Source: Entomortierella parvispora E1425 (taxonomy: Eukaryota > Fungi > Mortierellomycota). From it: 64,000 nucleotides of DNA. Of this stretch, positions 10,901-23,888 are shown in pieces; position 1 is the first letter of the stretch, and every line of letters begins with the position of its first letter. The position numbers and the translations under genes were made by a program. The stretch is taken from contig BQFW01000015.1 of the NCBI GenBank assembly GCA_020891255.1, positions 744,001 to 808,000 on the forward strand. The letters are read 5' to 3'. The notes beneath the pieces are model-generated. The model worked only from the letters and a program-made list of their open reading frames with translations. It did not search any database and had not been told where the DNA came from.

Positions 10901-12415
10901 CGGCGACTGCAGCCTAACCGACATCACAGTTGTTGGCATCGATCCTGGGGATCGGTTTATTGTTGGTGTGCATGTATTGCTACCAGAGTCTGCGAGCAGC
11001 CCAAGCGTTCAGGATCCTACGATCAGTCCGAGCTTTCGCAACCTTACCATCAGTCAGAAAGCTGCATACCAACCAATTCTCAAGCATCGCGCTTGGCTTG
11101 AGGAGGAGTCCAAGAAGATGCTACGGTCAGTTCCGCTCTCCGCAGAGGCACCATTGATCACAGCTTCATCAGCAATATCTCCAGTGTCGTTGCCAAGCTT
11201 GATCTCCCCAGCACTCTTGCAGTCCTTTTCGACGCCCTCAGTAGAAGGGGCCTCCACAAGTTCCCTAGCTTCTGCCTCGAATGCGCAGGCACTATCAACA
11301 GCAGCAACAAACCCCAGGGCTCATACAACGGGACCGCCAGATCCAGAGCTATCAACACTGCTCTCTACGGACGCCAAAGCTCGTCTTGTTGTAAAAATGA
11401 AGGAAGCTGCAGAACTTGTACGTTAGGCTCAGTTTCGTCTGGAAAATCACTCCCGATCGCAACCAATGGCAGTAGCACCTACCAATGTTGCACCCGCCAA
11501 TGCTGCACCCGCCAATGCTGCACCCGCCAATGCTGCACCCGCCAATGCTGCACCCGCCATCGCTGCACCGGCCATCGCTGCACCCGCCATCGCTGCACCC
11601 GCCATCGCTGCACCCGCCATTGCTACACCCTCCATTGCTGCACCTGCCAATATTGTACCAATCGACGCCGAAGAGAGCATCGCTGATATACTCAGACATC
11701 TTCCACCACTGCATGGGCCACAGGCATCCTTCACAAAGTATATGCAAGAGATGGAGAAGGTTGCCGAAAAACTTGATGCGTTTTACGGGAGCCAGAAATA
11801 CAAGAAAAGGCATTGGGATCTGAAGAAGGCGATGGAGGCTGAGTTTGCCATCATGGCAGACCGTATCATGAAGTCGTTTGGAGGCAGCATCGGGCGCCGA
11901 AGACCGGATGAAAAGGTCTTGATGGCAATAGAACAAGGCGGGTCTAGATACAACAAGGGCTGGAATCCATGGATAGCACATTTACTGCCTATCTTATTCG
12001 AGTTGTAAGTTGAACAAACATGATGTGTACTTCGATTCTTGCCACCCCAAAAAGATCTGGCAAATACTAGCTGCTGTTACTCTTTCTAGCTACGGTCACT
12101 CGGTTACGTCGTAGTTCTGGTGAATGAGTATTACACGAGCCAAAAGTGTCCCCGCAGACACTGCCACCGATTCCTGTTTCGTATCAACATGAGGCGATTG
12201 GCCTGTAATCACTGCGGGTCTCGAGTTCACAGAGACGTTGTCGGGGCCCACAATATTGCCAATGCCGCCCGACATCAGATGACATACTTTACGCGAATCG
12301 ACTACAGTATTTGCAACCCACGGATAGGGAGGGCAATTGTCAATGGACACCTGGTGTCAAGACAAGCACACCCGATCCAGTCAAAGAGCTGAACGCGACA
12401 TTCTGGAAGGATTAA
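7964..12415 (+). pseudogene. XPG/FEN1-type PIN nuclease fused to Fanzor/TnpB-like RuvC nuclease, decayed copy
   Basis: PIN motifs MG..., RID, YFDG, FEAD, SRDSD, KNDY, GFG. C-terminal GSITTNG, VVGIDPG (RuvC-I), VNEYYTSQKCP (RuvC-II + Zn), CNHC...HRDVVGAHNI (RuvC-III). Colinear with the gene at 27861-32067. In-frame stops at 10290 and 11424; frameshifts near 8925, 10030, 11945 and 12303. Confidence 0.85.
11475..11655 (+). repeat. 15-bp coding tandem repeat, ~11-12 units (AAPAN/AAPAI)
   Basis: gctgcacccgccaat / gctgcacccgccatc units; translated as NAAPANAAPA...IAAPAIAAPA. Confidence 0.95.
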
Positions 12416-12913
12416 ACGATCTCCAGCCATCTGAAAGGCCACTCTATATACAATGCAAGCGAGAGCAGCCAACCCCACAGACAGAAGCCAAAAGAGCTCT
12501 GCAACAACGCGCCGCGGGTGGGAGGGATAAACGCGCCAGAACGGAGTGAACATTTCCAAAAAAAAAACAAATGCGTGTTTGCCAGCACGTTCTAAAGTGG
12601 GGCTCATGAAAAGGAGTCTCAAACTCCTGGACAAATAAAGCGCCCCGGACACTTGTCAAAAAAAAAAAAAAAAGAAAAAAAAAAGAAGCACGGAACAAAG
12701 ACCTGAATGAAAGAAAGGGAACAGGAGTGAGAGCGCGTGTGTTCTTAGAATAAACCCCACACCCGCGAGGGACATTTGACAAGAAAAAAAACCCCCTGAA
12801 TGAAAGAAAAGGGTGGTACAGGGGAGTATAAAGTCTGAATCTCTTCCTGGCAATAGGGATCTGCTCTTCTACTCGACCTTTTTACAAACCTGTATTTTTT
12901 CCGGCTCCAAAGC

Positions 12914-14846
12914 ATGATGAACCAAGTCTTTCGTTTTCGCGCTCAGAAACGATGCCTCCCTTCTACACTTTCATACTTTGGCGTTTCTGGGCCGTGCAGT
13001 CGATCATCAAACAGAATTTCTTTCGACGTTACAACAACGGTAGCAACAAGATCAACCACTCTTTTGGCTCGAAACTCGATACCGCAGCCCATCAACCCCT
13101 TGAGTGCTTTCCCAACGGCTTTAAGCAGGAATATTCGTCGCTTCCCTAAAGCGTTCTCGGCCTCTCATATGAATAAGGCACTCTTTCATTCCAGTAATTG
13201 CGCCAACGTCTCTATTCAGGATCTCCCCGAGTCGTTGGTCTACTGCAAATCCATGGAGGGGTTTACACACGGGGTTTGGGTTGCCCTTCTGGCTGCGACT
13301 CCTTACTACGCCCTGAATCGCCAGTGGGCGACCAAAAAACCCTGGCTCCGATGGGGTTGCAAGGCGGTCCCTCTCTCAATTGGATTGGTGCTTGTGGCAA
13401 TAGCGATTGAGAAGGATCCTCATACTGGCCGTTGGAAATTCATTCTTACAGGGGAGCACGCCTCAGCCGGCGAGGAAAATGCAGAGACAATGGACTCAGC
13501 TAAACGAGCTCCTTCGTTGACTTCAGCGGTATCCAACAACAACCCGACCCAGATCGCGCCAGAAATCAAGAATTCAGTTCCACAAGCAGACAAAGAGGAG
13601 ACAGAGTCGGAGCAAAAAGCGACAGGACAACATGTCGCCACCATGTCGAACCGGGAAGACCTAGTTCTTGACCAAAACGATCCTCGTCTCCTCGTGGCAG
13701 AACGCGTCCTCGCTCGACTGCTGATGACCATCGAAGCGGAAGATGGAGGACGATTGAGGCTGAAGACTTTTTTGTGCAATCTTCCTACAACGCCTCCTCA
13801 GGCGCCCAACAAGGACATATTTCAGGGTGTCGGAATACTCGTGAAAGAGGCCAACAAAGACGCGGTGATGGCTCGAGAAGGTCGGCAATCGAAACGCTGG
13901 TTTCAAGGACAGAAGCACCCCTTTCGAATTTACGTCACGAATAACAGCGACAAGTTCTACGGCTACGCGAAAAGTGACAACTCTGTCATTCGAGATAGCG
14001 GTATCACGGAGGGACTGGCTATGGACGAAGATTTGATTGCGGCAGTTGTAGCCCATGAGCTAGTGCACCTTGTGCAACGGCAACACCAAGAGCGTCTGTC
14101 CAACGCCGCTCTCGTGCATCTTCTTCAAGGTATGTCTCTCTTTATCCCCAAGTCCCCGAACCCTGCAGAACTGAACACACAGCTTACCTTTTTTTGTTTG
14201 CTTTATTGTTTGCTTGGCATTCACAGCTGCTAGCCTTGCTATGTTTTGGCCAGTGGCCTCCATATTGGGGCCATACATTACGATGGTTGTGGCCGGGGGT
14301 GTAGTGACGGGATCCGAGTTACTTGTACGACGATTCGTGGTGGAAGAGGGTGAGCACGAGGCAGACGCCTTGGCCATATCCATTCTCGGACTGGCAGGTT
14401 ACGATCCAATGAACATACTGGCATACCATCTCAGGCTGGCTCAGAGAGAAGAGTTTGCGCTTTTCGGCTTGGGTTGCACCTTTTTCACGAATATGGACTC
14501 AAAGTCGTCAAGGACAAAGGTACCTGCATCACCATCCCTGTTCCGATCAGAGAGATCCGACCTTGCAAACAGTAGGTCCCAGCAGAACCTGGCAGCTCAC
14601 ACGATGATCGACAGAGACGCGTTAGCCGAGAAAGACGCAATCTTGGTTCATAACCAATTGATCAGAGAGTATCTCGAGACGTCTTTGCTAACACGGTGGA
14701 GTTTATCTCATCCTTCTTCTTTGGAGCGAAAGATCCGATGTGCTCGTGCCCTCCACAAAGTCCGCTGCAAGTGGAGACAATCACATTCAATCAGGCAGAG
14801 CCAGCAGGAGGAAGACAAGCGCCAGAAGGATATTGGACAGGAATAG
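12914..14846 (+). CDS. Peptidase M48 family metalloprotease, OMA1-like (probably mitochondrial)
   Basis: HELVH (HExxH), EHEADALAISILGLAGYDP and SHPS motifs; Arg/Ser-rich N-terminus; one intron 14130-14226. Confidence 0.75.
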
Positions 14847-15052
14847 AAGATGATGGCAGTGGGTTGAGGGAAAATAAAAATGTCCATTTATTTGCCGCAA
14901 GAAGTGTCACTTAAAAAATAAAAACGAAATTGAAAAGAAGAAAATGATCATTGGCATTTACGGGAGGGGGGGGGGGGCATCAGCATGGCGGATAGAAAAA
15001 CAACAAAAAGGAAAAGAAAAAAAAGTCATAGGAAGGACCGCCTTCCCTTCTT

Positions 15053-18000
15053 TTAGAACAATCCAACGACGCGTCCAGTGTCAAAGTCGATATCAATGTC
15101 ATAAAAGGAGGGACGCGTGGGTAGACCGGGCATTGTCTGCATGTTTCCGATCAATGGGTACAGAAACCCGGCGCCAACAGAGGCACGGATATCGCGGATG
15201 GGGAGGCGGAATCCGGTGGGGACTCCCTTCTTGGTCGGATCGTGTGAAAGGGAGAGGTGAGTCTTGGCCATGCAAATGGGGAGACCTGCAAAGCCTTGAC
15301 GTGTATAAGTCGAGATCTTTTCACGGGCCTCGTCTGAAAGATCAATACCATCGGCACCATACATCTCCTTGGCAATGGTCTCGATTTTGGACTCGATACT
15401 GTCCTTGACATCGTAAAGATACTTGAAATCTGAGGGCTTGTCGCAAGCCTCAACGACAGCCTTGCCCAGATCCACGGCACCAAGTCCGCCCTTTGCCCAG
15501 TTATCACAGGCAACAGCGTCAGAGGCGCCAGCCTCCAAAGCCAGCTTGCGGATCAAGGCCATCTCCTGTTCCGTATCAGATGTGAACTTGTTGATTGCAA
15601 CAACAACAGGAACACCAAACTTCTTGGCGTTCTGGATATGTTTGGTCAAGTTTGCACAGCCGGCCTCGAGCATGGGTAGGTTCTCGTTCAGATAAACCTC
15701 AGGAAGGGGTTTACCAGGTACAACTTCAGGTCCACCTCCGTGCATCTTCAAAGCCTTCACAGTTGCAACTAGGACGACGGCATTGGGGATCAAGTTGCTG
15801 ACGCGGCATTTGATATCAAAGAACTTTTCCATTCCGATATCTGCGCCGAATCCTGCCTCGGTGACGACGTAGCCCATATTGCTAGAATCCATTCCCGGTT
15901 CCACACCGGCCAATTTGAGTGCAATTCTGTCTGCAATCACAGAACTGTTTCCGTGAGCAATGTTGGCAAAGGGGCCAGCATGGACAAACACTGGTGTTCC
16001 CTCCAATGTCTGCATCAGATTGGGCTTGATTGCGTCCTTCATCAGGACTGCCAAGGCACCACCAATACCAATGTCATCGGCGGTGACGGGCTGTCCAGCT
16101 CGGTTACTGGCCACGACCATCTTGCCCAAACGCTGTCGCATGTCACGCAAATCCGCAGACAAGGCCAAGACTGCCATGACTTCGGAGGCGACCGCGATAT
16201 CGAATCCAGTCATACGCTCATGGCCAGTCTCGGTTGGGTTACGGCCGACTTCAATTTTACGAAGGAAGCGATCGTTGGTGTCGAGAACACGTTGCCAAGT
16301 AATCGTGGCTGGGTCAATGTCCAGGCGCACAAACTTTGAGACCTCTTCTGGAGTGAGCTCTTCGGGATGCGCTTTGTGGATACCAAGACGTTGGAGGCGG
16401 TCCAGCATGACTGGGGCAAAGACGCGCTTACCCTTCTTCTTGGGGCAGAGGCGGTTGAAGAGCATCTGTGTTCGCAGAATCGCAAATGGTCAATTGGTTA
16501 GCGGTGCTCATTAAAGTTATAAACAAAAACACGCTTTGACAAAACAAAAAAAAAAAAACGTACGGCATCAGTCGCGCCTTTCTCGTGGAACATTCGCGCG
16601 TCGATCGCTGCAGCAAGCAGGTTGTTGGCCGCAGTGACTGCGTGGATATCACCAGTCAAGTGTAGGTTGAACTCGTCCATTGGGATGATCTGAGAGTATC
16701 CACCTCCGGCGGCTCCTCCCTTGATGCCAAAGGTCGGTCCCTGGGAAGGCTGACGAACACATCCGAAGGCAATCTTGTCTAGGTGAGCGCCCAGGGCCTG
16801 AACCAATCCCACGACCGTGGTCGATTTGCCCTCTCCCAAAGGGGTAGGCGTGATTCCTGTCACGACTACATAGCGACCGTTCACGCGGTGATCCAGTCGC
16901 TTGAGAACATCGGGATCGACCTTGGCCTTGAATTTTCCATAGAGCTCAAACTAGATAGAATAAATAACAAAGAGAGAAGCAAAAGGACTTAGTATCAAAA
17001 TATTGGCTTTTTCATTATAACATCGCGTGGCACCAACCTCATCAGGTCCAAGACCGATTTCCTCGGCCACTTGCTTGATGACCTTGGGTGTCTGACTCAA
17101 TGCAATATCAATGTCACTGGGAACGGGCGTCTTGAGATCCAAAGGCAATGGCTGGATCTTGGAGCCCATGACCGCAGCTTGGGAAGACTCCCAGAATCGG
17201 CGTGCGGACAAGAGAGTGTTTTCCATCAACATGGCCACGGTCATGGGTCCAACGCCTCCGGGAACGGCAGTGATGTGTCCTGCAACGTGTTGAGCAGTTG
17301 CGTATTCAACATCGCCTACCAAACGCACGCCAGACTTCTTGCTCAGGTCACGCTGGGCGTTAATACCCACGTCAATGACAATAGCTCCCTTCTTGAGCCA
17401 TTCTCCTTTGATCAACTCAGCATGACCAGCGGCTACTACCAAGATATCGGCTGTCTTGACCTGTGGACGTGAATATTTCGAGAATGGTCAGGATGAACTG
17501 CTATGAATGAACGCCATGATGTTTGTGCGTGACGGATATCAGAAGCGATGATCTATACCTTTTCCGCCAAGTTCTGGGTCTTGTCATGGCAGAGGGTGAC
17601 AGTGGCGTTGCTCTTGTTCAACAAATGGAAGGTCGGTGCTCCAACGACATCGCTTCGTCCAACCACAACGGCATTCTTCCCTTCAATCTCAACACCAGTC
17701 GATCGAATAAGTTCCAGAACGCCCTTGGGTGTGCAAGGGACAAAGTCGGGCGTAGTTCCTAGTTTTGCCAAACGACCAATGTTGGTAGTGTGGAAGCTGC
17801 TCGTTGCCCAAAAAAAAAAAAAAAAAAAAAAAGAATCCAGTCAGAAGGGATTGATATTTGTTTTTCTCGATATTTTGTGACGGAAGCAAATTTTTACCCG
17901 TCGACATCCTTGATGGGGTCAATAGACTCGGTCACCACTTTGGCGTCAATGTGAGCAGGAAGGGGCAACTGAACAAGGATACCATGCATCGAGGGGTCTG

Positions 18001-18949
18001 CATTCAATTGTCCGATGGTTCGCAAGAGCTCGGCCATGGTAGTGCTCTCAGGCATATGATGCTCCGTGTACTCGATACCTGCTTGCTTGCACGTCTTCTT
18101 CTTCATGGACACGTACACGTTCGAGTCTTCCTTTTCACCCAATTGAACAATGGCCAGACGAGGTTGGAAAGTCGGGTGCTGGGCCTGAAACGACTGGATC
18201 TCGGACTTGACATTGCTGACGATCGCCCTTTTTTTTAAACAGCAGAAAGTTGGAAAAAGCGAGAAAAAAATGAGCATGGTGTTCTGATCCGGAAAAGGAA
18301 GAGCCATCTTAAAACAAAACACAGCTTACTTTGCAATTGCTTTTCCATCAATAACCTTTGCTCCTGCTGTCTCCTCTTTCAATGCCTTTTTCATCATAGT
18401 CAGTTCAGGACTCAATTCTAACGGTCTAATATCGCCCATGGCCTCCTCCAAGGTCATGACCCTTTTCTGAGCCAATGACCCCATGTTTGACACGATCTGA
18501 TCGGACATCAATCCCGCCTCGGTCGAAGACGAGTTTTGGCCCGTCTTGATCACTTTGTCCTTGCCCAAGATGCCGCCTCCCAGTTCATCCACGGTTCGGC
18601 TCTGATATTGCACAGGAAGGGACTGAAATCTTCGGGTTTGGTTCGTGGCTGCATGAGGGGGACGCAGCAGAGGAATAGGTTTGTGAAGAAGACTGCTTGA
18701 CCTGGATGAGCTTGGGACGGGTGTTGATGTGGAGGAAAGGTGTCGACGCGTGGAATGTGTAGGAGAGAGAAGGATCCTGGGTCGAGTGGTCAGTTTGCAT
18801 GAGGAGGGTAATGCTGCTGTGAAGGAAGACGTCGAGGAGGAAGAAGAGGAAGAGGAGGTGGAGAGGTTCCGTTGCAGTAGCCTTTGGGATGCATCGAGAT
18901 AATTTATCGTGCTCGAGCCCGTTGGTGTTCTGTGGGCGATCCTGATCAT
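15053..18949 (-). CDS. MIS1: Trifunctional C1-tetrahydrofolate synthase, mitochondrial form (MIS1/MTHFD1-like), multi-exon
   Basis: [64 protein letters not shown] motifs; ~190 aa Ser/Arg-rich presequence-like N-terminal extension. Confidence 0.93.
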
Positions 18950-21900
18950 CTTTTGTTGTGGTTGCACAAAAAGTGGGGATGGGGAAATGGGGTTAAAGGT
19001 ACTGCCGCTGTAGCCTCTGTAGAGAGAGTCCCCCTTTGTTGTTGATAGTTTCCCTTAGGTTTCCACGGAAGTAGCCAAGGAGAGTAAAGGTCAAGGAGTG
19101 AAAGAGGAGAGAGAGGGGAGGAGGAGGATAGAGAGAAAAGAGATTGGTGTGGAGACGCAAAGTCCAAGGGGGCGTAGGTATTACTGGCGCACCAAAAAGT
19201 CAGTGAGGTGGGTGGTATGGTGAGGATAAGCAGGTCGATCGGGAGATGCCTACTGAGATGCTGCCTGTGTGGATAAACCCTGGTACTGGAAGGAGGGGCA
19301 GTATATAGGATGTAGAGGCGAGGACGGGAGGGGTGTCGTTGCAGAAGAAGAAAAATCAAAAAAAGTCGTAAATTCGTGGTCGCCGTGAATGGGTCTCTTA
19401 TATTTCCTGAGAATCGTGGAGCAGGAATATACAAGCGATGACAATCAAGGGTCGACTGTGGACATAAACGTAATCGTAAGCGTATCGAAGAAGTGGCTGC
19501 TGTGCTAGGAAGGGAAGGAGAAAACGTGGAAGGAACAGTAGCGAAGAACCGAGGGGCTGTGTGAAGGATGTTGTGAAGAGCGTAATGAGCAGCGGTTTCG
19601 TCCAAGGAACAAGCCGAGCTGATGCAAGTGTGTATACAAGTGAGAGTAGACTAAACCAGGAATGATGAATGAAATAGAACGCGGTAAGCGAGTGAAGGAT
19701 CGTAAGCGTGTGTCTATGTGTTTATGAGAGAGAAGGAAGGAAGTGGAAGAAATGAAAGAGTTTTGAAAGAAGAGACGAGAGTGAGAGAGAGAGAGTGAGG
19801 GAGAATGGGGAAAATGAAAGAGAGTGAGAGAAAAAGGAAGAGAGCTGAGCAAATGAACCAAGGGAAGTCGTTAGAGATTGACGGCCGAAGTCTGAGAGAG
19901 TCAATGGAAGGTTGGTGCGAATGCTAAAGTGCAGCCGGGGATGGTCGGGCCGGTGCAAGATCTGACAACCAAGGAATCAGTGATATGAGAGATCGGATGG
20001 AGGGAACCCTCGAGCAGCGAGGGAATCGAGGACAGGAGCAATGAAGAGGAAAGGATGTTGAGAGAAGGAAAAAAAAAAAAAAGAAAGAAGAGGAAGAAAG
20101 AAAACTGAGCGCTTCTCAAGCGAACGGAGAGCAATAGAATGAGACTTGTTTTTAGACCATGCAAGCATCCAGGTCAAGATGAAGCCAAAGTCATACATAG
20201 AACGCAAAGCTATTGCACAGAGCGAGGGACACACCGAGATGATATGGGAGTAGAGAGCGGGCTGATGAGCCATGGTCCGTGGGCAATTCACGACCCAGCC
20301 CAGCGTGTCGATGTTCACGGACTATTTGTTATCGGGAAAATCGTGTGTGAGAGCGTCCCTTTTCCTTTTTGAAATCGTGGGTCTGTCATGAGTGCCAGTC
20401 TCATGTCAACTCGTGGCCTGTGCTGCTTCTGCTGTGTCCATGCTGTGGGTTCAGGTGCTGTGTATCTATATGTCTTGATTTTTCCTCCTCAGGACGAGCG
20501 ACGCTGCCAATGGCGCCTCAAAAGGAGCCAATAGTGCCCCGCCGGATTGCTGTGCGATGCTTGGCAAACACAACTTCGCGTGCCCAAAGGTGTAAAGGGA
20601 GTCCCTTAATTTGTCGATTGGGGTCTTTTTTCACTAGTCATGTCACGATTATCCATCCAGTGTAACCGAGCGGATGAACTTCGAGTGTCGAGCTACACCG
20701 CATCCTCACTTTCTCTCTATCTTTGTAGTTGCTCACTCAGGAACCTGAATCAAGTCGTTCTGACGGGCAATGAGCAGTGGCCTGAAAGGAATATAAAAAG
20801 CAACAACCCTCCCCACTGTGTTCTCATTGTGTTTAAAAAGTCAATCGTATTTCCGGGGTGACGAACAAATCTCTGCTACAAGTGAAGGAGTTGGCTCTCC
20901 TCTCTCTCCCTCTTTCCCTCCTTCTCTCTTTCTTCTCTTTTCTCTCTTCTCTTTGTGTTTGTCTGTCTCTTTTACTTTGCAAGGAGGCGATTACAGCATT
21001 CTCAGTCTATTTTTTTAAATTGCTCTTTGACCATGGAGTCCTTTTTTAAAGACAACTCCTTCAATTCAATTCTTCCAGAAAGTAAAAAATGGGCTGGGCA
21101 GCAGGACATGGATATCGACAACGACCAACGCAAGGCTGCATCACACAGCCCATCCATTCACGTCGTCCTTTTGGTCCTGAATGCACGAGAAAAAGGTCCG
21201 AGTCGATGCCACTTGGTCGCAGCTACAAGCCAGAGCTATCTCCCCCCCCCCCGCCACAAACCGCAGCGTTTTTATTGGTATCCATCCATGCTTGTCAATT
21301 CGATGCTGTGGTTTCTATCGCTGTTGGTGTTGATGCTCATATTTATTTTGGCGGGAGATCGGTGTTGGCTGCCTCTTGCCTCTGATAGTAACATTTCTTC
21401 TCTTCCCTCTCTCTCTTTCCCACTTTCTTTCGTTACCTTCCTCTGACCCCTGCATTCTGACTGTTTTTTTTGACGGTTGCACTGTTGCCCTCCTTGCAGG
21501 TCATCGTTCACACACTCAAGGTGATCGGATCCAAAGTATCAAAATACATGTTGCGGCTGCAAACAGGCAAATGAAACGTATTTCATTTAGGTGAAATAGC
21601 AAATAAAAAGCGTCAGCGGTTGGCCGTCAATTATTGGCACGTTGCTCAAGATGGACAATTGGGAGATCCATCATGAAACAAGAAGACAGGTTAAGTGTGA
21701 CCAGCTGAAAGCAACCAGACGCCAACAGCTGATACCATGATCTGTCACTCTGCAGCCATAGATGGATATATTGATCCAGCGAGCAGGAATAGGACAACTC
21801 TTAATGGTTGGGGGGCTCTTCAGCGCTTTTTTGAGCTCTACGTCCTTTAGACCCCCTTTTCACGGGAACCTACAAGGCCCTGCGTGCTTTATACTGGTCG

Positions 21901-22286
21901 CCGTAGTCAATTCGGGGACCTGCCCTGCTATCATAAGCATACATTCCATAAACACCGCAAGAAACAAGCAGAGCCCGCTAACATCGTGATACACTGTACC
22001 GTGGTTTCCCCTGAGCTCCTTTTTTTCTTGACACGGGTCTCTTTTTCCCCTTTCCAAGGCGGGGCATCCTATCTTGTTGTGGCTCTGGTCATTGGCACAC
22101 CGTTGCCCGAATCTGGGCTTTTATCCAGGTACCACATTCAATTAAAACAAGAACTGGCATCAATGTGATATGTAACTTTTTAGTATGAAAAAGTGGATCT
22201 AAAGTACGAACAAAAAACACAATAAACTACCCATCTTTCAATACGTCCTACTTCTAGAGAGTTAATCCTTCACCACTTCCTTCTCT

Positions 22287-23535
22287 TTACTCGCTCATGA
22301 CATAGGGATCAGCTCCACCGGTCTTGGCAACCAACTCTCTTGGCATAGCCTTGACAGTCTCGGGTGCGATGGTAGGGAATGGGAGAGGAAGGAGATCGGT
22401 GGGTGCGATCTTGTTGCCGCGCTTCTTGATGGCATCCCGAACCTTCACAAACTGATCATCGACACCAGGGACACATCCCTTGACATAGATCAAGTTCAGT
22501 GCGTTGTCAATCTTCATGACCTTCAAGTTTTGGACTGTCGACTGCTCGCCTCCCATGCGTCCAGCCATCTTCTTGCCCTTGAAGACCTTACCGGGGTCCT
22601 TACGCTGACCAGTTGATCCAAGAGAACGATGGGTGACGGAAGTACCGTGTGATGCTGGCTGACCTCCGAATCCATGTCTCTTCATTGCTCCCTGAAATCC
22701 CTTTCCCATGCTATATTTGATATCAGATAAGGACAAATGCAACAGGTGAGTAAGATAATCCCCGAGACCACCTGGGGATCAACATCCAAGTTCGTTCAAC
22801 CGCGATCTGAAGTCTTGTAGTCATCCTTACGTAGGTGCAGAGCAGTCAACGAATTGACCAGGAACAAAATGAGAAGCAACCAATTCAGTTCCAACGGGGA
22901 GAACGGCATCCTTTGTGACAGTGAACTCGAACAACTTGCGCTTGGGCTCGACTCCGGCACGCTCGAAGTGGCCTAACATGGGCTTGGTCACATTCTTGGG
23001 GGTGCGATCCGTGCTTCCGATCTGAAGAGCAGTGTATCCATGGGTTTCTTCATTCAAGACCTGGACAACTTGGCATTGCTCCATCTAATAGTATCGACGG
23101 TTGCACAGAAAGGGTCCTTTGATCAGTCCACTGATGTCTCTTCTCTGTCTGCGATATCTCCATATTTCCAGTGATTGACCGTGTCAAAAGCTGCACTGTT
23201 TTGCAAAAGGGCCGAGGAAAACAGTGTCGTCCTTGGTTTTCTGTTTCTTTACCTGCAAGACAGTAACGGGTATCCTGACGCCCCATTCGTCCCACATGGC
23301 GGTCATGCCCTTCTTCCTTGCAATGACTCCTGTTCTTAATGAGTTGTCTAAAAAACATGCAGTGATTGGATCAGTTCAATGATTCGTCCTCCGAGCAAGA
23401 GTTTGTCGACACAGCCGAAAAATGAAAGAGTGGCTCCTTACGAGTCCATGTGGCGGGTTGGGTGGTGGTTGCGGTGCTCATGGTGCGGCAGCCGGCACGG
23501 AGGCCGACTCTGACTGAGGATAAGAGGGAGGCCAT
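22287..23535 (-). CDS. MRPL3: Mitochondrial ribosomal protein uL3m, 4 exons
   Basis: [12 protein letters not shown] and [21 protein letters not shown]...[27 protein letters not shown]; presequence [13 protein letters not shown]. Confidence 0.93.
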
Positions 23536-23888
23536 GGTGTACGGTTGTGTGGGATGCGGCTTGTCCTTCGGAAGTAAGTTAGAGGAAGGGGAGGTGAGTA
23601 GAGGAGAAAGACGGGGCGGGCACCACAGTGAGGAGGGGAGAGATAAGGTCAAAGGTGGGCACGAAGGAGTAAACGAACAAGCAAATGAATGAATGTGCCG
23701 ATGCCTCGCCTTGTATGGTCGCCAGGGCCTCAGTGCAGTCAGTCCAGGGACGGAGGTGGAGCTGTAAACACGCAAAGCCACCCCACCTCCGAGCAAGGTG
23801 GATGTTCGAAATGACAGTCACTCGTGCTTTTGCGCTCAGACATTGATGCACCACTTGACATCACATTCATCTGCAACAAGCTAACCTC

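Noticed and set aside
11475-11655. CRISPR-like array next to a Cas12-like nuclease
   Set aside because: Units are contiguous 15-mers with no unique spacers and keep the reading frame; this is a coding minisatellite. The same applies to the repeats at 493-564 and 57852-57980.
19000-22200. Short ORFs, including 20955..21446 with a hydrophobic segment
   Set aside because: Low-complexity purine/pyrimidine-rich sequence with no recognisable domain or convincing splice model.
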